A stretch of 64,000 bases of DNA from a virus. Below are positions 27,661-35,621 of the stretch, in pieces. Both the position numbers and the translations under genes were made by a program. The notes beneath the pieces are model-generated. The model was given only the letters and a program-made list of their open reading frames with translations, searched no databases and was not told the DNA's origin. Location of the stretch: IMG/VR virus record IMGVR_UViG_3300006810_000037, positions 5,775 to 69,774 of that record, one strand, 5' to 3'. Position 1 is the first letter of the stretch. Each line of letters opens with the position of its first letter.

Positions 27661-29347
27661 TGATCATTTGCCCTCTAATTGACTGTAGGAAATCTTGAGC
27701 TTCTTGACGTGCAGTAGGGCGACCACTTGTTTGAATACGACGCAGCCTTTCGGAAGCTTCAAGAGGTGACATGCGTTGTTGAGCAGCAGGAACCGTTTCT
27801 TCAATGATAGTCGTTTTCTTTACAGTAGGTTCTTCAGAAAGTGTCATTGAAGGAGCAACACGAGCAGGAGGTTGTTCTGAGACTGCCCTGAATTCTGGCC
27901 TAACATAATTAGGCACCATTTCAGGTGAAGGGGCGAAACGTGGAGTTTCTCTGGCGGCAACTTGCTCTTGAATTCTTTTATTTGATGCCTCATTATCATC
28001 CAGCATTTGTGCCATGAAGTTTTGCATCTGCTCTTGCGCTGCACCTTGAGCTGATGTGTTTTGAAGCGCTTGAGTGTACTTTTGCTCTGGCACTTCTTCC
28101 GCCCCACTTAAAATTCGCTTCATGTTGCTAATTCTCTCTCCTACATTTCGATAAAACCTTGCATCACTTTGTGCAAGGGCTTGCGCTTGTTGTAGGAACA
28201 TGTCTGCAAGTGAGCCTGAAGTAAAGCCTGGACCTTGCTCATCCCCTGAATAGATTGCATCCATCTGTTGATCTTGTACGAACGGCTCTCTATTTTTTTG
28301 TTGATTATATAATGTTTCACCGCGTAATTGACCCTGGAGAAGACCGCCGGAAGTACGAGGCTGATCTACTTCTGGATCTACTACCATCACAGTATCTGGA
28401 TCAATAGATCCTTTAGAAACTAAATACTTAGAAGCAAAGTTACCAAGATCACGTTCGCCTGTCTCAGGATTGGTTGGTAAATTTGCGTAGAAGTTAGCTA
28501 AGCTTTCTGCGTCCTCTTCTTTGCGGGCATCTCGTGCCATGGGTACACCGCCCTTGACTCCATAGGTTTCATTGAAACCCATAGGCTCTCTTGAGAGCAA
28601 AGGATTTGAACTACGTTTTGGAGCCACGTAAGCAGTCGATCTGCGCTCTGGCTCTGTAAAGGTAACGTCAATTGTTTGACTGGGAGCCTGACTTTGCAGA
28701 TTACGCATGGCCATTGCTTCCATACCTGCAGCAACGCCTTTTTCGTAATCACTAGGTTCTTCTGTTCTCTTTGGATAAGAAGCCGCTTCTCTCTCCAGTC
28801 CTTTGAGTCGATTCATCATGTCGTCATCGACCATTGCACTTAGGTCAGTGACAACCAAACCGGGCATCCGTTCGGCACGCGCTGCTTTGACTAACTCTTC
28901 ACCTTGACGGGTGCGTTCAGTCATTGTGGGTTCACTGCCCTTTAATAAACCGTAAGGGGCGTAGCCCTCGATTTGACTCGGTGCTTGCTCTGCTGCACCG
29001 GGCCTGGGTGGCGGACTTTCCGGAGGTTGTTCATTGAAGTTTTGATTCTCTCCCTGTACAGCACCTTTAGGTTGCTTATCAAAGAGTCCATAACCTCTGG
29101 CCATTTGATAAGCGTAATTAGCTCCTGTGCCAATGTTTAATGCTTTCCTTGTAAAATCTCTGAACCGATCGCCTAAATCTTTTTCTTCATCTCTTTTTCT
29201 TTGTTCAGGCTCAAAAGCATCGAGCAGCATGTTGCCTACACTGTTAGCTGCTTGTCCAATGAGAATATTTCTAACCATCCCTCGGTCACCTTCCGCATTG
29301 CGCATTGCGAATAAGGTGCCTTCCATGCTTGGCTGCTGGTAACGCAT
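27653..29347 (-). CDS. Large low-complexity hypothetical protein
   Basis: 564-aa E/Q/P-rich ORF. Confidence 0.6.
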   Translation of the reverse strand: MRYQQPSMEGTLFAMRNAEGDRGMVRNILIGQAANSVGNMLLDAFEPEQRKRDEEKDLGDRFRDFTRKALNIGTGANYAYQMARGYGLFDKQPKGAVQGENQNFNEQPPESPPPRPGAAEQAPSQIEGYAPYGLLKGSEPTMTERTRQGEELVKAARAERMPGLVVTDLSAMVDDDMMNRLKGLEREAASYPKRTEEPSDYEKGVAAGMEAMAMRNLQSQAPSQTIDVTFTEPERRSTAYVAPKRSSNPLLSREPMGFNETYGVKGGVPMARDARKEEDAESLANFYANLPTNPETGERDLGNFASKYLVSKGSIDPDTVMVVDPEVDQPRTSGGLLQGQLRGETLYNQQKNREPFVQDQQMDAIYSGDEQGPGFTSGSLADMFLQQAQALAQSDARFYRNVGERISNMKRILSGAEEVPEQKYTQALQNTSAQGAAQEQMQNFMAQMLDDNEASNKRIQEQVAARETPRFAPSPEMVPNYVRPEFRAVSEQPPARVAPSMTLSEEPTVKKTTIIEETVPAAQQRMSPLEASERLRRIQTSGRPTARQEAQDFLQSIRGQMING

Positions 29348-29405
29348 TTCTATATCTCTAATATATTTAATATTTTACCGCTGCTAAACTTGTCATGTAA
29401 ATTAC

Positions 29406-29639
29406 ATGCTTATTATGGACGAAAGTAAACTTTCTGATCGAGTCGCAGGTCTTGAAGATATTAAACAAAAAGCTTTAGATATGGCTGCTGCTGGTGCCGA
29501 TGACCTTACGGTTCGTGATTTTATTACCGATAGTAAAAAAGTACTTGCCTTCGCTGTTCCAGATGAGGATGCGATGCTTAGAGCTGCCGATGCAGCAAAA
29601 AGATTTAAGACTATGACTTTTAATGACAGCGCTGTTTAG
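29406..29639 (+). CDS. Hypothetical protein
   Basis: Divergent ORF preceded by TAAAAT and followed by a terminator. Confidence 0.6.
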   Translation: MLIMDESKLSDRVAGLEDIKQKALDMAAAGADDLTVRDFITDSKKVLAFAVPDEDAMLRAADAAKRFKTMTFNDSAV

Positions 29640-29656
29640 CTTCGCTTAACTCCTTT

Positions 29657-29692
29657 AAAAAAGGTCAGCGCTTTTTAGACTGACCTTTTTTT
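29657..29692. terminator. Bidirectional intrinsic terminator
   Basis: AAAAAAGGTCAG-loop-CTGACCTTTTTTT between convergent genes. Confidence 0.8.
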
Positions 29693-29827
29693 GTTTGTTT
29701 ATTAAATAAAGCTGTATTCGGATTAGCCTTTGGTTTGCCTTTAGGTTTTTGAACCAAAGACCTTAGTTTGCGCAGATCGTAATAATCCGGATTAGCCATT
29801 GTTAATTTCCGCTAATACTATCTTTTC

Positions 29828-30223
29828 TTATTTTTTTTTGCCATAATCTCTAATACTTTTTTCTTCATTTTTCCGTATTTCTGCTCTTCTTTTTGGAGTT
29901 ATCCTCCCACTTTCCTTAGCAGAGTCACGAGCTTCTCTTAACGCCTTAACAAGGCGTGTGTTTTCAGCAAGTACTTTATTGAATTCTTTCTGATTAGTAT
30001 CACTTTTAGCCTTTCGTGCTTGTCTTTCTTCTCTACGCTTTTTCCAATCGGGTCTTCCGGGAGCATTTAACTGTTCTGCAATACTTTTTCCTTTAACGGA
30101 CTCTCTTCTTTTAGCAGCAGTCTCTTTAGAAACCTTCACAGGCTTTAATGCATTCTTTACTCTATTATTTTGCTCACGAAGTTTTTTCAAAGCCTCTCTT
30201 TTAGTTACTTTTCCGGGTGCCAT
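29828..30223 (-). CDS. Highly basic hypothetical protein
   Basis: K/R-rich 131-aa ORF. Confidence 0.6.
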   Translation of the reverse strand: MAPGKVTKREALKKLREQNNRVKNALKPVKVSKETAAKRRESVKGKSIAEQLNAPGRPDWKKRREERQARKAKSDTNQKEFNKVLAENTRLVKALREARDSAKESGRITPKRRAEIRKNEEKSIRDYGKKK

Positions 30224-30289
30224 GCTACTTCTTTTGCTTTTATCTGTATTAATTCTAAAATAATTAACTTATCAGGGCCTTAATAGGGC

Positions 30290-30570
30290 CTATTTTTTTA
30301 AAAAAAATAATTTTTTTTGTTTTTTAAGGTTAAAATTTGGTTAAAAAAGCTATATATATAGGCCGATTTGGGAAAATATTCTGCTGATCATTCTAGCGCG
30401 GGTCTCATTTTTCCCAAACCGAGAGGAAAAAAAATAAACAGGGGATGTGCCTGTGGATAACCCTGGGGATAACGGGGCCAGGCCTGGGAAATGTGGGGAT
30501 ATCCTGACAATTCCTGGGGAGAAAGATGGGGAAATATTAAGATTTCCTGTAGATATCCTGTGGAAAACCA
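30290..30570. other. AT-rich tract plus cluster of DnaA-box-like sites
   Basis: Poly-A/T runs at 30290-30360; TGTGGATAA 30452 (perfect), TGGGGATAA 30464, TGTGGAAAA 30559 and four weaker co-oriented copies. Confidence 0.6.
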
Positions 30571-30699
30571 CCGTTCTAGCTGTGAAAAACGCTGAGATCC
30601 ATTGCGGCGCAAGGAGTTTCCTCAATTCCACAGGTGAGCCGGGCATGTATGTGGATGGTGTATGATCGCGCACGCATTCCTATGTGTTCGACGGAATGG

Positions 30700-30728
30700 T
30701 TGCAGCACTGCCGCTGATGGCCTATAGT
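30700..30728 (+). promoter_or_regulatory. Putative sigma70-type early promoter
   Basis: TTGCAG-N17-TATAGT. Confidence 0.5.
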
Positions 30729-30767
30729 GGATTCATCGGGGACGCCACGGGCTCTCCGGTCAATCGG

Positions 30768-30795
30768 TTGACAGGTCCGCCGGATCTGCTACGAT
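30768..30795 (+). promoter_or_regulatory. Putative sigma70-type early promoter
   Basis: TTGACA-N16-TACGAT with extended -10 TG. Confidence 0.6.
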
Positions 30796-30841
30796 TGAAC
30801 CAAGCGAGGCGGGTGACAGCCGCAGCGCTACAGTTATCCGA

Positions 30842-30875
30842 GCAGGTCACCACCCTGCGCACCTAGACAATTGAA
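30842..30875 (+). promoter_or_regulatory. boxB-like hairpin plus boxA-like antitermination element
   Basis: GCAGG-TCACCAC-CCTGC followed directly by GCACCTAGACAATTGAA, similar to cyanobacterial rrn boxA. Confidence 0.5.
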
Positions 30876-31033
30876 GAAGAGTACCGGCACCGATTGGTTG
30901 CAGGTGGGCGAACTAGAGCCAGCCCCAGTCCGGCCCGGATGCGCGTGACACCGATGGTGTGTGTCACAGCCAGGGGGAGACATCCTCTGTAGCTGAAACG
31001 TAGGCTTTTTGTAAGCTGATGGTAGGCAAATTG

Positions 31034-31120
31034 TGCGGAGTGGCAGCCGCAGCGGACTCATAGATTCACCGTTCCCGGTCCCAAGGGGGGACTGTGCAGG
31101 TTCGAGTCCTGCCGGGATCC
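31034..31120 (+). ncRNA. tRNA-like structured RNA (not a canonical tRNA)
   Basis: D-arm-like GCGG-AGTGGCAG-CCGC; T-arm GCAGG-TTCGAGT-CCTGC; acceptor-like GTTCCCG/CGGGATC lying 3' of the D-like arm. Confidence 0.65.
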
Positions 31121-31164
31121 TTGGCAGCAGTAATGTTGTCAATTGTCCTATCACCACTAAGACA

Positions 31165-31338
31165 ATGATTTCTTTTTCTAAAGTTGAAGCTGATTTTCTT
31201 TCTCATTGCATGGAAATTTTCGCTGATACTTTCAAGGAAGGTGAAGAGATGAACTTCACTGATTATGATCGTGAGAATATTCTTATGAATCATCTTCAGA
31301 TTGAAGAACTTTATCGGAAACTTCAAACATTAAGCTGA
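31165..31338 (+). CDS. Small early protein (57 aa)
   Basis: ATG follows the shared ATCACCACTAAGA leader; 3' part of tracked ORF 31033-31338. Confidence 0.7.
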   Translation: MISFSKVEADFLSHCMEIFADTFKEGEEMNFTDYDRENILMNHLQIEELYRKLQTLS

Positions 31339-31428
31339 TCCGTTCAAGCGGGTCCGGAGTGTGCAATCCCTCCGGCAGTTATTGTCAGCAGCAATGCTGA
31401 CATTCGTTCTATCACCACTAAGAACATG
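31333..31428 (+). repeat. Intergenic structured repeat, copy 1 (mini-tRNA-like fold, hairpin, leader)
   Basis: Near identical to 31775-31870; AGCTG/CAGTT, CCG-TTCAAG-CGG, CCGGAG-T-G-TGCAATC-C-CTCCGG, TCAGCA-GCAA-TGCTGA. Confidence 0.9.
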
Positions 31429-31761
31429 CCTGTTAACAATCCAGACTTACTCTGTGCTTACGGAAGTATGACTGAGCGTCAACAGAAACGCTATGACAAC
31501 TTGAAAGTTGAGCATAGATATGCACGTTTCTGTGCAGACAATGATCGTAACGGAAACCCTCGGAGAATCTGGGTGGTTTCTAACGACAAAGGTGAGGCAT
31601 TATTTGCCTGGGATGAAGGTTACCATGGCCGCAATTGTGTGCCGGGTAGTTTACGTCGATCCTTCGATGATCATTCTGTAAGGGTAGATTGTAACGTCGC
31701 GACTTATCAAATGTTGAAGAAGTTACCCTCCCCTGAATTCGTACCTAATTTCAATTGGTAA
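31426..31761 (+). CDS. Early hypothetical protein
   Basis: NDRNGNPRR...DEGY motif seen in phage early proteins; shared leader. Confidence 0.75.
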   Translation: MPVNNPDLLCAYGSMTERQQKRYDNLKVEHRYARFCADNDRNGNPRRIWVVSNDKGEALFAWDEGYHGRNCVPGSLRRSFDDHSVRVDCNVATYQMLKKLPSPEFVPNFNW

Positions 31762-31774
31762 TTACCATATTGAA

Positions 31775-31870
31775 AGCTGTTCCGTTCAAGCGGGTCCGGA
31801 GTGTGCAATCCCTCCGGCAGTTATTGTCAGCAGCAATGCTGGCAATTGTTCTATCACCACTAAGAACATG
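31775..31870 (+). repeat. Intergenic structured repeat, copy 2
   Basis: Near identical to 31333-31428. Confidence 0.9.
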
Positions 31871-32089
31871 GAGAAACCACTGATCACATCTGAGAGAATC
31901 CCTCACGATTGTGGACACTATCACGAGAGAATTTATAACCACGATACAATCGTGGCCTATATCTTGAGTGAACCTGGAAAGGGTACATATTGCTTCGTTA
32001 ACAACGAAGATCAAATGTGCTGGAAAGGTTATGCAACCGTGGCTGATGCCAAGGAAGCATTCTTCAAACTCCGTCCTGATCTTAATTAA
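31868..32089 (+). CDS. Early hypothetical protein
   Basis: Start defined by the shared leader. Confidence 0.7.
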   Translation: MEKPLITSERIPHDCGHYHERIYNHDTIVAYILSEPGKGTYCFVNNEDQMCWKGYATVADAKEAFFKLRPDLN

Positions 32090-32090
32090 T

Positions 32091-32153
32091 GACGAAACTA
32101 TCCCTCCGGGGATAGTCTCCGGACTTGGCATGTCCGGACTGATGAGTCTGCCA
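32091..32153 (+). ncRNA. Type II hammerhead ribozyme, copy 1 (predicted cleavage after C32117)
   Basis: GAC-GAAAC-TATCCC(TCCG)GGGATA-GTC-TCCGGAC(TTGGCAT)GTCCGGA-CTGATGA-GTC-TGCCA; intact core; loop-1 TGGCA pairs with 3' TGCCA. Confidence 0.93.
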
Positions 32154-32176
32154 CTTGTTCAATCACCACTAAGAAC

Positions 32177-32938
32177 ATGTCAAGTAACGGTTACGTTCTA
32201 CAGCGCGGACTTTCACCTATCAATGGTGAACCTTTCGTTGTAATCATGACAATGAAGTCTTCAAATAAGAAGACCAGTAATATGATCCAGGTCTGGATAT
32301 TGCATGAGGATGTTAATCCTGTTGATGCAATTAAATCAGGCTTAGATGAAACTATATGTGGATATTGTTCACATCGTTTTCGTCTACATCCTGATGGCAA
32401 GTTACATAGGACTTGTTATGTGAATCCAGGTCAAGCACCATTATCTATCTGGCGTGCATACAAGAGGGGTTTATACCCAGGCATTAACAGCTGCTTTAAT
32501 GTTGTCCGGTTATTATCGGGCCGTCATATTAGATGGGGTGCTTATGGGGATCCTTCTGTGATCGACCCTTCTATTGTGAAATCTTTCAATGAGAAAGCTG
32601 AGGGCCACACTGGATACACTCATCAATGGAAGCATTCATTTGCTGATGCTTTCATAGGTGTGTTCCAGGCATCATGTGATTCTTTCGGTGATTATCTTGA
32701 GGCCTCTTCTAAGGGGTGGAAATGTTTCTCAGTTGTTAACAAGGGCGATACCAATGTGGCTAACATCGGCAAGCTATGTCCGACTGAGGTTCCAAACTCA
32801 CAAGCTAAGTGTCAATCATGCACTCTATGTGATGGTTCAAAGACTGATATTTTCATCCCTGCTCATGGCACGGGTGGCAAATTAGTCTCCTATGTAAGCC
32901 AAGATGTGCACGAGCTTTCTGAGCTGCTGTTCAATTGA
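32177..32938 (+). CDS. Cys-rich putative Fe-S/radical-SAM-like phage protein
   Basis: SSNKKT...CGYCSH...CYV...IRWGAYGDP...TGYTHQW...ASCDS...CP...CQSCTLC...AHG. Confidence 0.7.
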   Translation: MSSNGYVLQRGLSPINGEPFVVIMTMKSSNKKTSNMIQVWILHEDVNPVDAIKSGLDETICGYCSHRFRLHPDGKLHRTCYVNPGQAPLSIWRAYKRGLYPGINSCFNVVRLLSGRHIRWGAYGDPSVIDPSIVKSFNEKAEGHTGYTHQWKHSFADAFIGVFQASCDSFGDYLEASSKGWKCFSVVNKGDTNVANIGKLCPTEVPNSQAKCQSCTLCDGSKTDIFIPAHGTGGKLVSYVSQDVHELSELLFN

Positions 32939-32942
32939 TCTC

Positions 32943-33005
32943 GACGAAACTATCCCTCCGGGGATAGTCCTAGGGTTTAGCATCCCCTAGCTGATGAGTC
33001 TGCCA
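32943..33005 (+). ncRNA. Type II hammerhead ribozyme, copy 2 (predicted cleavage after C32969)
   Basis: Same core and stem III; different but fully paired stem I CTAGGG(TTTAGCATC)CCCTAG; CTGATGA-GTC-TGCCA. Confidence 0.9.
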
Positions 33006-33025
33006 CTATTCTTTTCAACAATCCA

Positions 33026-33397
33026 ATGCACAATCACAACATCCTTCGGGCACTTAATGTGCTGTCAATTCTGATCCAAACTAGTTACGAACTAGGCTAT
33101 GAAACCGGTAAGTTTTACCGGCAACACTTACATCATCACGTTGTTTCTGGCATCGCTTTATTAATCACAGTTTGTGTACACTTATATGCAAACCGTAAAC
33201 GATACAGAAATAAGATAGAGGCTTTGTTTGTATATCGATACGAAACAACCATTAACCTTGCGCCAGCTGTTCATCCTCTGTATGCTTCGATGGAATCATT
33301 AATGATTCAAACGAGCAGAGACCTTCGTGCGATCACTGGCATCAAACGTAAGGTCTCTAAGGTAAGGATGACAGATCAGTACCTTTCCATGGTCTGA
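33026..33397 (+). CDS. Early hypothetical membrane protein
   Basis: YELGYETG...hydrophobic helix...APAVHPL pattern. Confidence 0.65.
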   Translation: MHNHNILRALNVLSILIQTSYELGYETGKFYRQHLHHHVVSGIALLITVCVHLYANRKRYRNKIEALFVYRYETTINLAPAVHPLYASMESLMIQTSRDLRAITGIKRKVSKVRMTDQYLSMV

Positions 33398-33404
33398 GCA
33401 CTGT

Positions 33405-33503
33405 GATCTGGGCTGCATCTTGGCGTGACTGTGTGGTGCTTTCGCGCCATGATTCTCTACAGCGTAAGACCCAGGTTTGGGGGGTTGCGCCTACAACTCC
33501 CCT
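33405..33503 (+). ncRNA. Intergenic long hairpin with TAAGA bulge plus second hairpin
   Basis: GATCTGGG/CCCAGGTT closing stem; TGGTGC-TTTC-GCGCCA apex; GGGGGTTG...CAACTCCC downstream. Confidence 0.5.
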
Positions 33504-33563
33504 AGCATTCAATCAACAAGGCTTCATCACCACTGAAGTCTCACACATACATCAACTAAACCC

Positions 33564-33836
33564 ATGATCAATTCATTTCGCCTCGGTAAGAACAAATTTC
33601 TCACGCTTGACACGTATTGTCGCCAAGACTATCCCACAAACACAATGCACTTTTTCCAATCTTTCTTGTCAATTATTGCTGGTATTGGTATTGGAACATT
33701 ATTAACAGTCGCAGCCCAAAAAGAGATTAATAAACATGTTGAAACTACCTGTTATGGACCAGCGGATCAGATTGCATCTGTCCGTTCTTTCATGGGTACA
33801 GTCAAGTATTGCGTTAAGGGGGGTATCAAGCAATGA
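33564..33836 (+). CDS. Hypothetical membrane protein
   Basis: One hydrophobic segment; start uncertain. Confidence 0.55.
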   Translation: MINSFRLGKNKFLTLDTYCRQDYPTNTMHFFQSFLSIIAGIGIGTLLTVAAQKEINKHVETTCYGPADQIASVRSFMGTVKYCVKGGIKQ

Positions 33837-34102
33837 AAAGAATCGAACGTATCAAAGCTTTGATCGATGAAGCTGGCTCTAGCTATGTTTCTGTCACCTT
33901 TATCAAAAAGGATGGCAGCGAACGTCAGATGACATTCAATCCAAAGGATGTGAATGACATCAAGGGTACTGGAGACACCAGTAATGTTGACGCGAACATC
34001 TTTCGTGTTCGTGATAACAAGATACAACAATGGCGTTCATTTGATGCACGTCGTGTGATCAAAATTAAATCCAAAGGAACAATCACTGAATTCAATGACT
34101 AA
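33833..34102 (+). CDS. WYL-like/SH3 beta-barrel protein
   Basis: VTFIKKDGSERQM...WRSF motif. Confidence 0.7.
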   Translation: MKRIERIKALIDEAGSSYVSVTFIKKDGSERQMTFNPKDVNDIKGTGDTSNVDANIFRVRDNKIQQWRSFDARRVIKIKSKGTITEFND

Positions 34103-34340
34103 ATCTAAAGGGTTTGACTGGATGCCCACCATAATTATGGTGGGCTGTTTCATCCTCGTTCCAGGAGGTGGGTTTCTCTTAGGTGTCTTATGCTCCACCC
34201 TTTATTATCTCGGCAGGTTTGTCCTCGACCTCGCAGCTGACGCGGAAGAGGAAGATAAGAAGCAGACCAAAAGTAAACACACCCATACTGGGCCGTTGCT
34301 TCCTAAGCCTCGTCCAAATGTTACCAGGAATGACTCATGA
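34095..34340 (+). CDS. Hypothetical membrane protein
   Basis: Hydrophobic helix; overlaps the upstream stop. Confidence 0.55.
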   Translation: MTKSKGFDWMPTIIMVGCFILVPGGGFLLGVLCSTLYYLGRFVLDLAADAEEEDKKQTKSKHTHTGPLLPKPRPNVTRNDS

Positions 34341-34680
34341 TTAATTACTATGCGCTGCTCACTTCAAAGGATACATCATGGATGGCGGGCGAGGGTGTCT
34401 GACTACGATAATCTACGATTCAGCAGAGGGGACCCTTCGTTTAATACAACTTTCCTTGTTGTACCCAAGGAGTATCTTACTAGAACGCAATAGGCTCAAG
34501 AGCTCACTTCCAAAACCACAGAAAAGACATGACTGAACAGGAGATCAAGATCTATCTTCGGGACACAACGTCATTAACTGAAGACCAATTGGAATTACTT
34601 GCTTATCAAGTAAAGAGCCGACTCGATTACACAAACATCTATGATCAAATTGATCAAATCAAAGACAGATTAGTTGACTC

Positions 34681-35106
34681 ATGAACATGATCAGCAAACA
34701 TCTTCAGAAAGATCTCGAACGACAAATGATTAGGGTGAGAGCCTTAAACTCTCACAGGATCAAACGTGTGAAAGCTTCAAGACCAAAGAGCAACTTTCGA
34801 ATCATCAAACAAATGAACAACAACGCCATGCACATTTCAGCCAACACCAAAGGTCACCTCTTACTTTTGATCGAGCAAAGTAAACATGATTACAGAAAGA
34901 AGCTAGGTAGTAAGGGAGCATGTCGTCATGCTGATCCAGAGAATCTTTCGATTGCCTTTGGTATGAATACGATCAGCATTGAGCTTACCTATACAGAGGT
35001 GATTAGTCCCACTGGCTTCCCTTTTAACAGGCTGGTTTGCAAGCTGCGACTCGACGGTGCTGCTATTAGTCTCAAGCAACTTAAGGAGGAACTCAACAAT
35101 GATTGA
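34681..35106 (+). CDS. Hypothetical protein
   Basis: ORF track. Confidence 0.5.
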   Translation: MNMISKHLQKDLERQMIRVRALNSHRIKRVKASRPKSNFRIIKQMNNNAMHISANTKGHLLLLIEQSKHDYRKKLGSKGACRHADPENLSIAFGMNTISIELTYTEVISPTGFPFNRLVCKLRLDGAAISLKQLKEELNND

Positions 35107-35425
35107 CATCGATTACGAGCGCTCCCTAGAAGAGCAACTGCCCCTTAACAAGACCGTGTTCCGATCTAAGGACGGTGTCAGGTGCACCAGGACAGTCAAC
35201 GGCAAAGAACGGACAAAGATCAACGGCAAACTTCAGCGTATGAATGGAGACGTTGCGGGCTTCAAGGGTGTCCTGAAGCTCTGGTGGAACGGCAAGTGGC
35301 ATGAGGTGCCATCAATGGCTGCCTTTCATGAGTGGACGATGGACAGCGTCTGCCCCACGCCTGATGGAGATGTCGTTGAACCAGACCATGAGGATTCATG
35401 GTTGCGTCTGGCTGGGCTGGTGTGA
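35099..35425 (+). CDS. Hypothetical protein
   Basis: DSVCPTPDGDVVEPD...SWLRLAGLV tail, a common phage motif. Confidence 0.7.
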   Translation: MIDIDYERSLEEQLPLNKTVFRSKDGVRCTRTVNGKERTKINGKLQRMNGDVAGFKGVLKLWWNGKWHEVPSMAAFHEWTMDSVCPTPDGDVVEPDHEDSWLRLAGLV

Positions 35426-35621
35426 TGCGCACGAGCTGAGTGGAGCTACTGAAAGGTAGCAAGTAACAGGGGAGATGCAATAAGGAATCAAGAGGGGCGA
35501 GATGATACCACGCGAGCAAGGCGAAGCTGTATTTGAACTTAATGCACTTGAGTGAATCCCTGTGGTGCCAATGCATCTCAGGGATTTTTGCTGTAACAAT
35601 CGAGAAAATCAGTGCACAAAT

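Noticed and set aside
31070-31095. Twister ribozyme suggested by CCGGTCCCAAG
   Set aside because: The P4 closing strand and the UAA cleavage-site/P1 elements are missing
31034-31120. Functional tRNA-Met(CAT)
   Set aside because: No 5' acceptor strand precedes the D-like arm, the anticodon stem does not close around a 7-nt loop, and there is no CCA; kept only as tRNA-like
30350-31157. Tracked ORFs in the control region (30350-30673, 30447-30665, 30684-30866, 30834-31157)
   Set aside because: They overlap repeats, promoters and RNA structures and have atypical composition; likely spurious
31333-32180. CRISPR array or integron attC cassettes
   Set aside because: The repeats are about 96 nt and separated by whole genes; there are no cas genes, no intact integrase and no attC RYYYAAC/GTTRRRY ends
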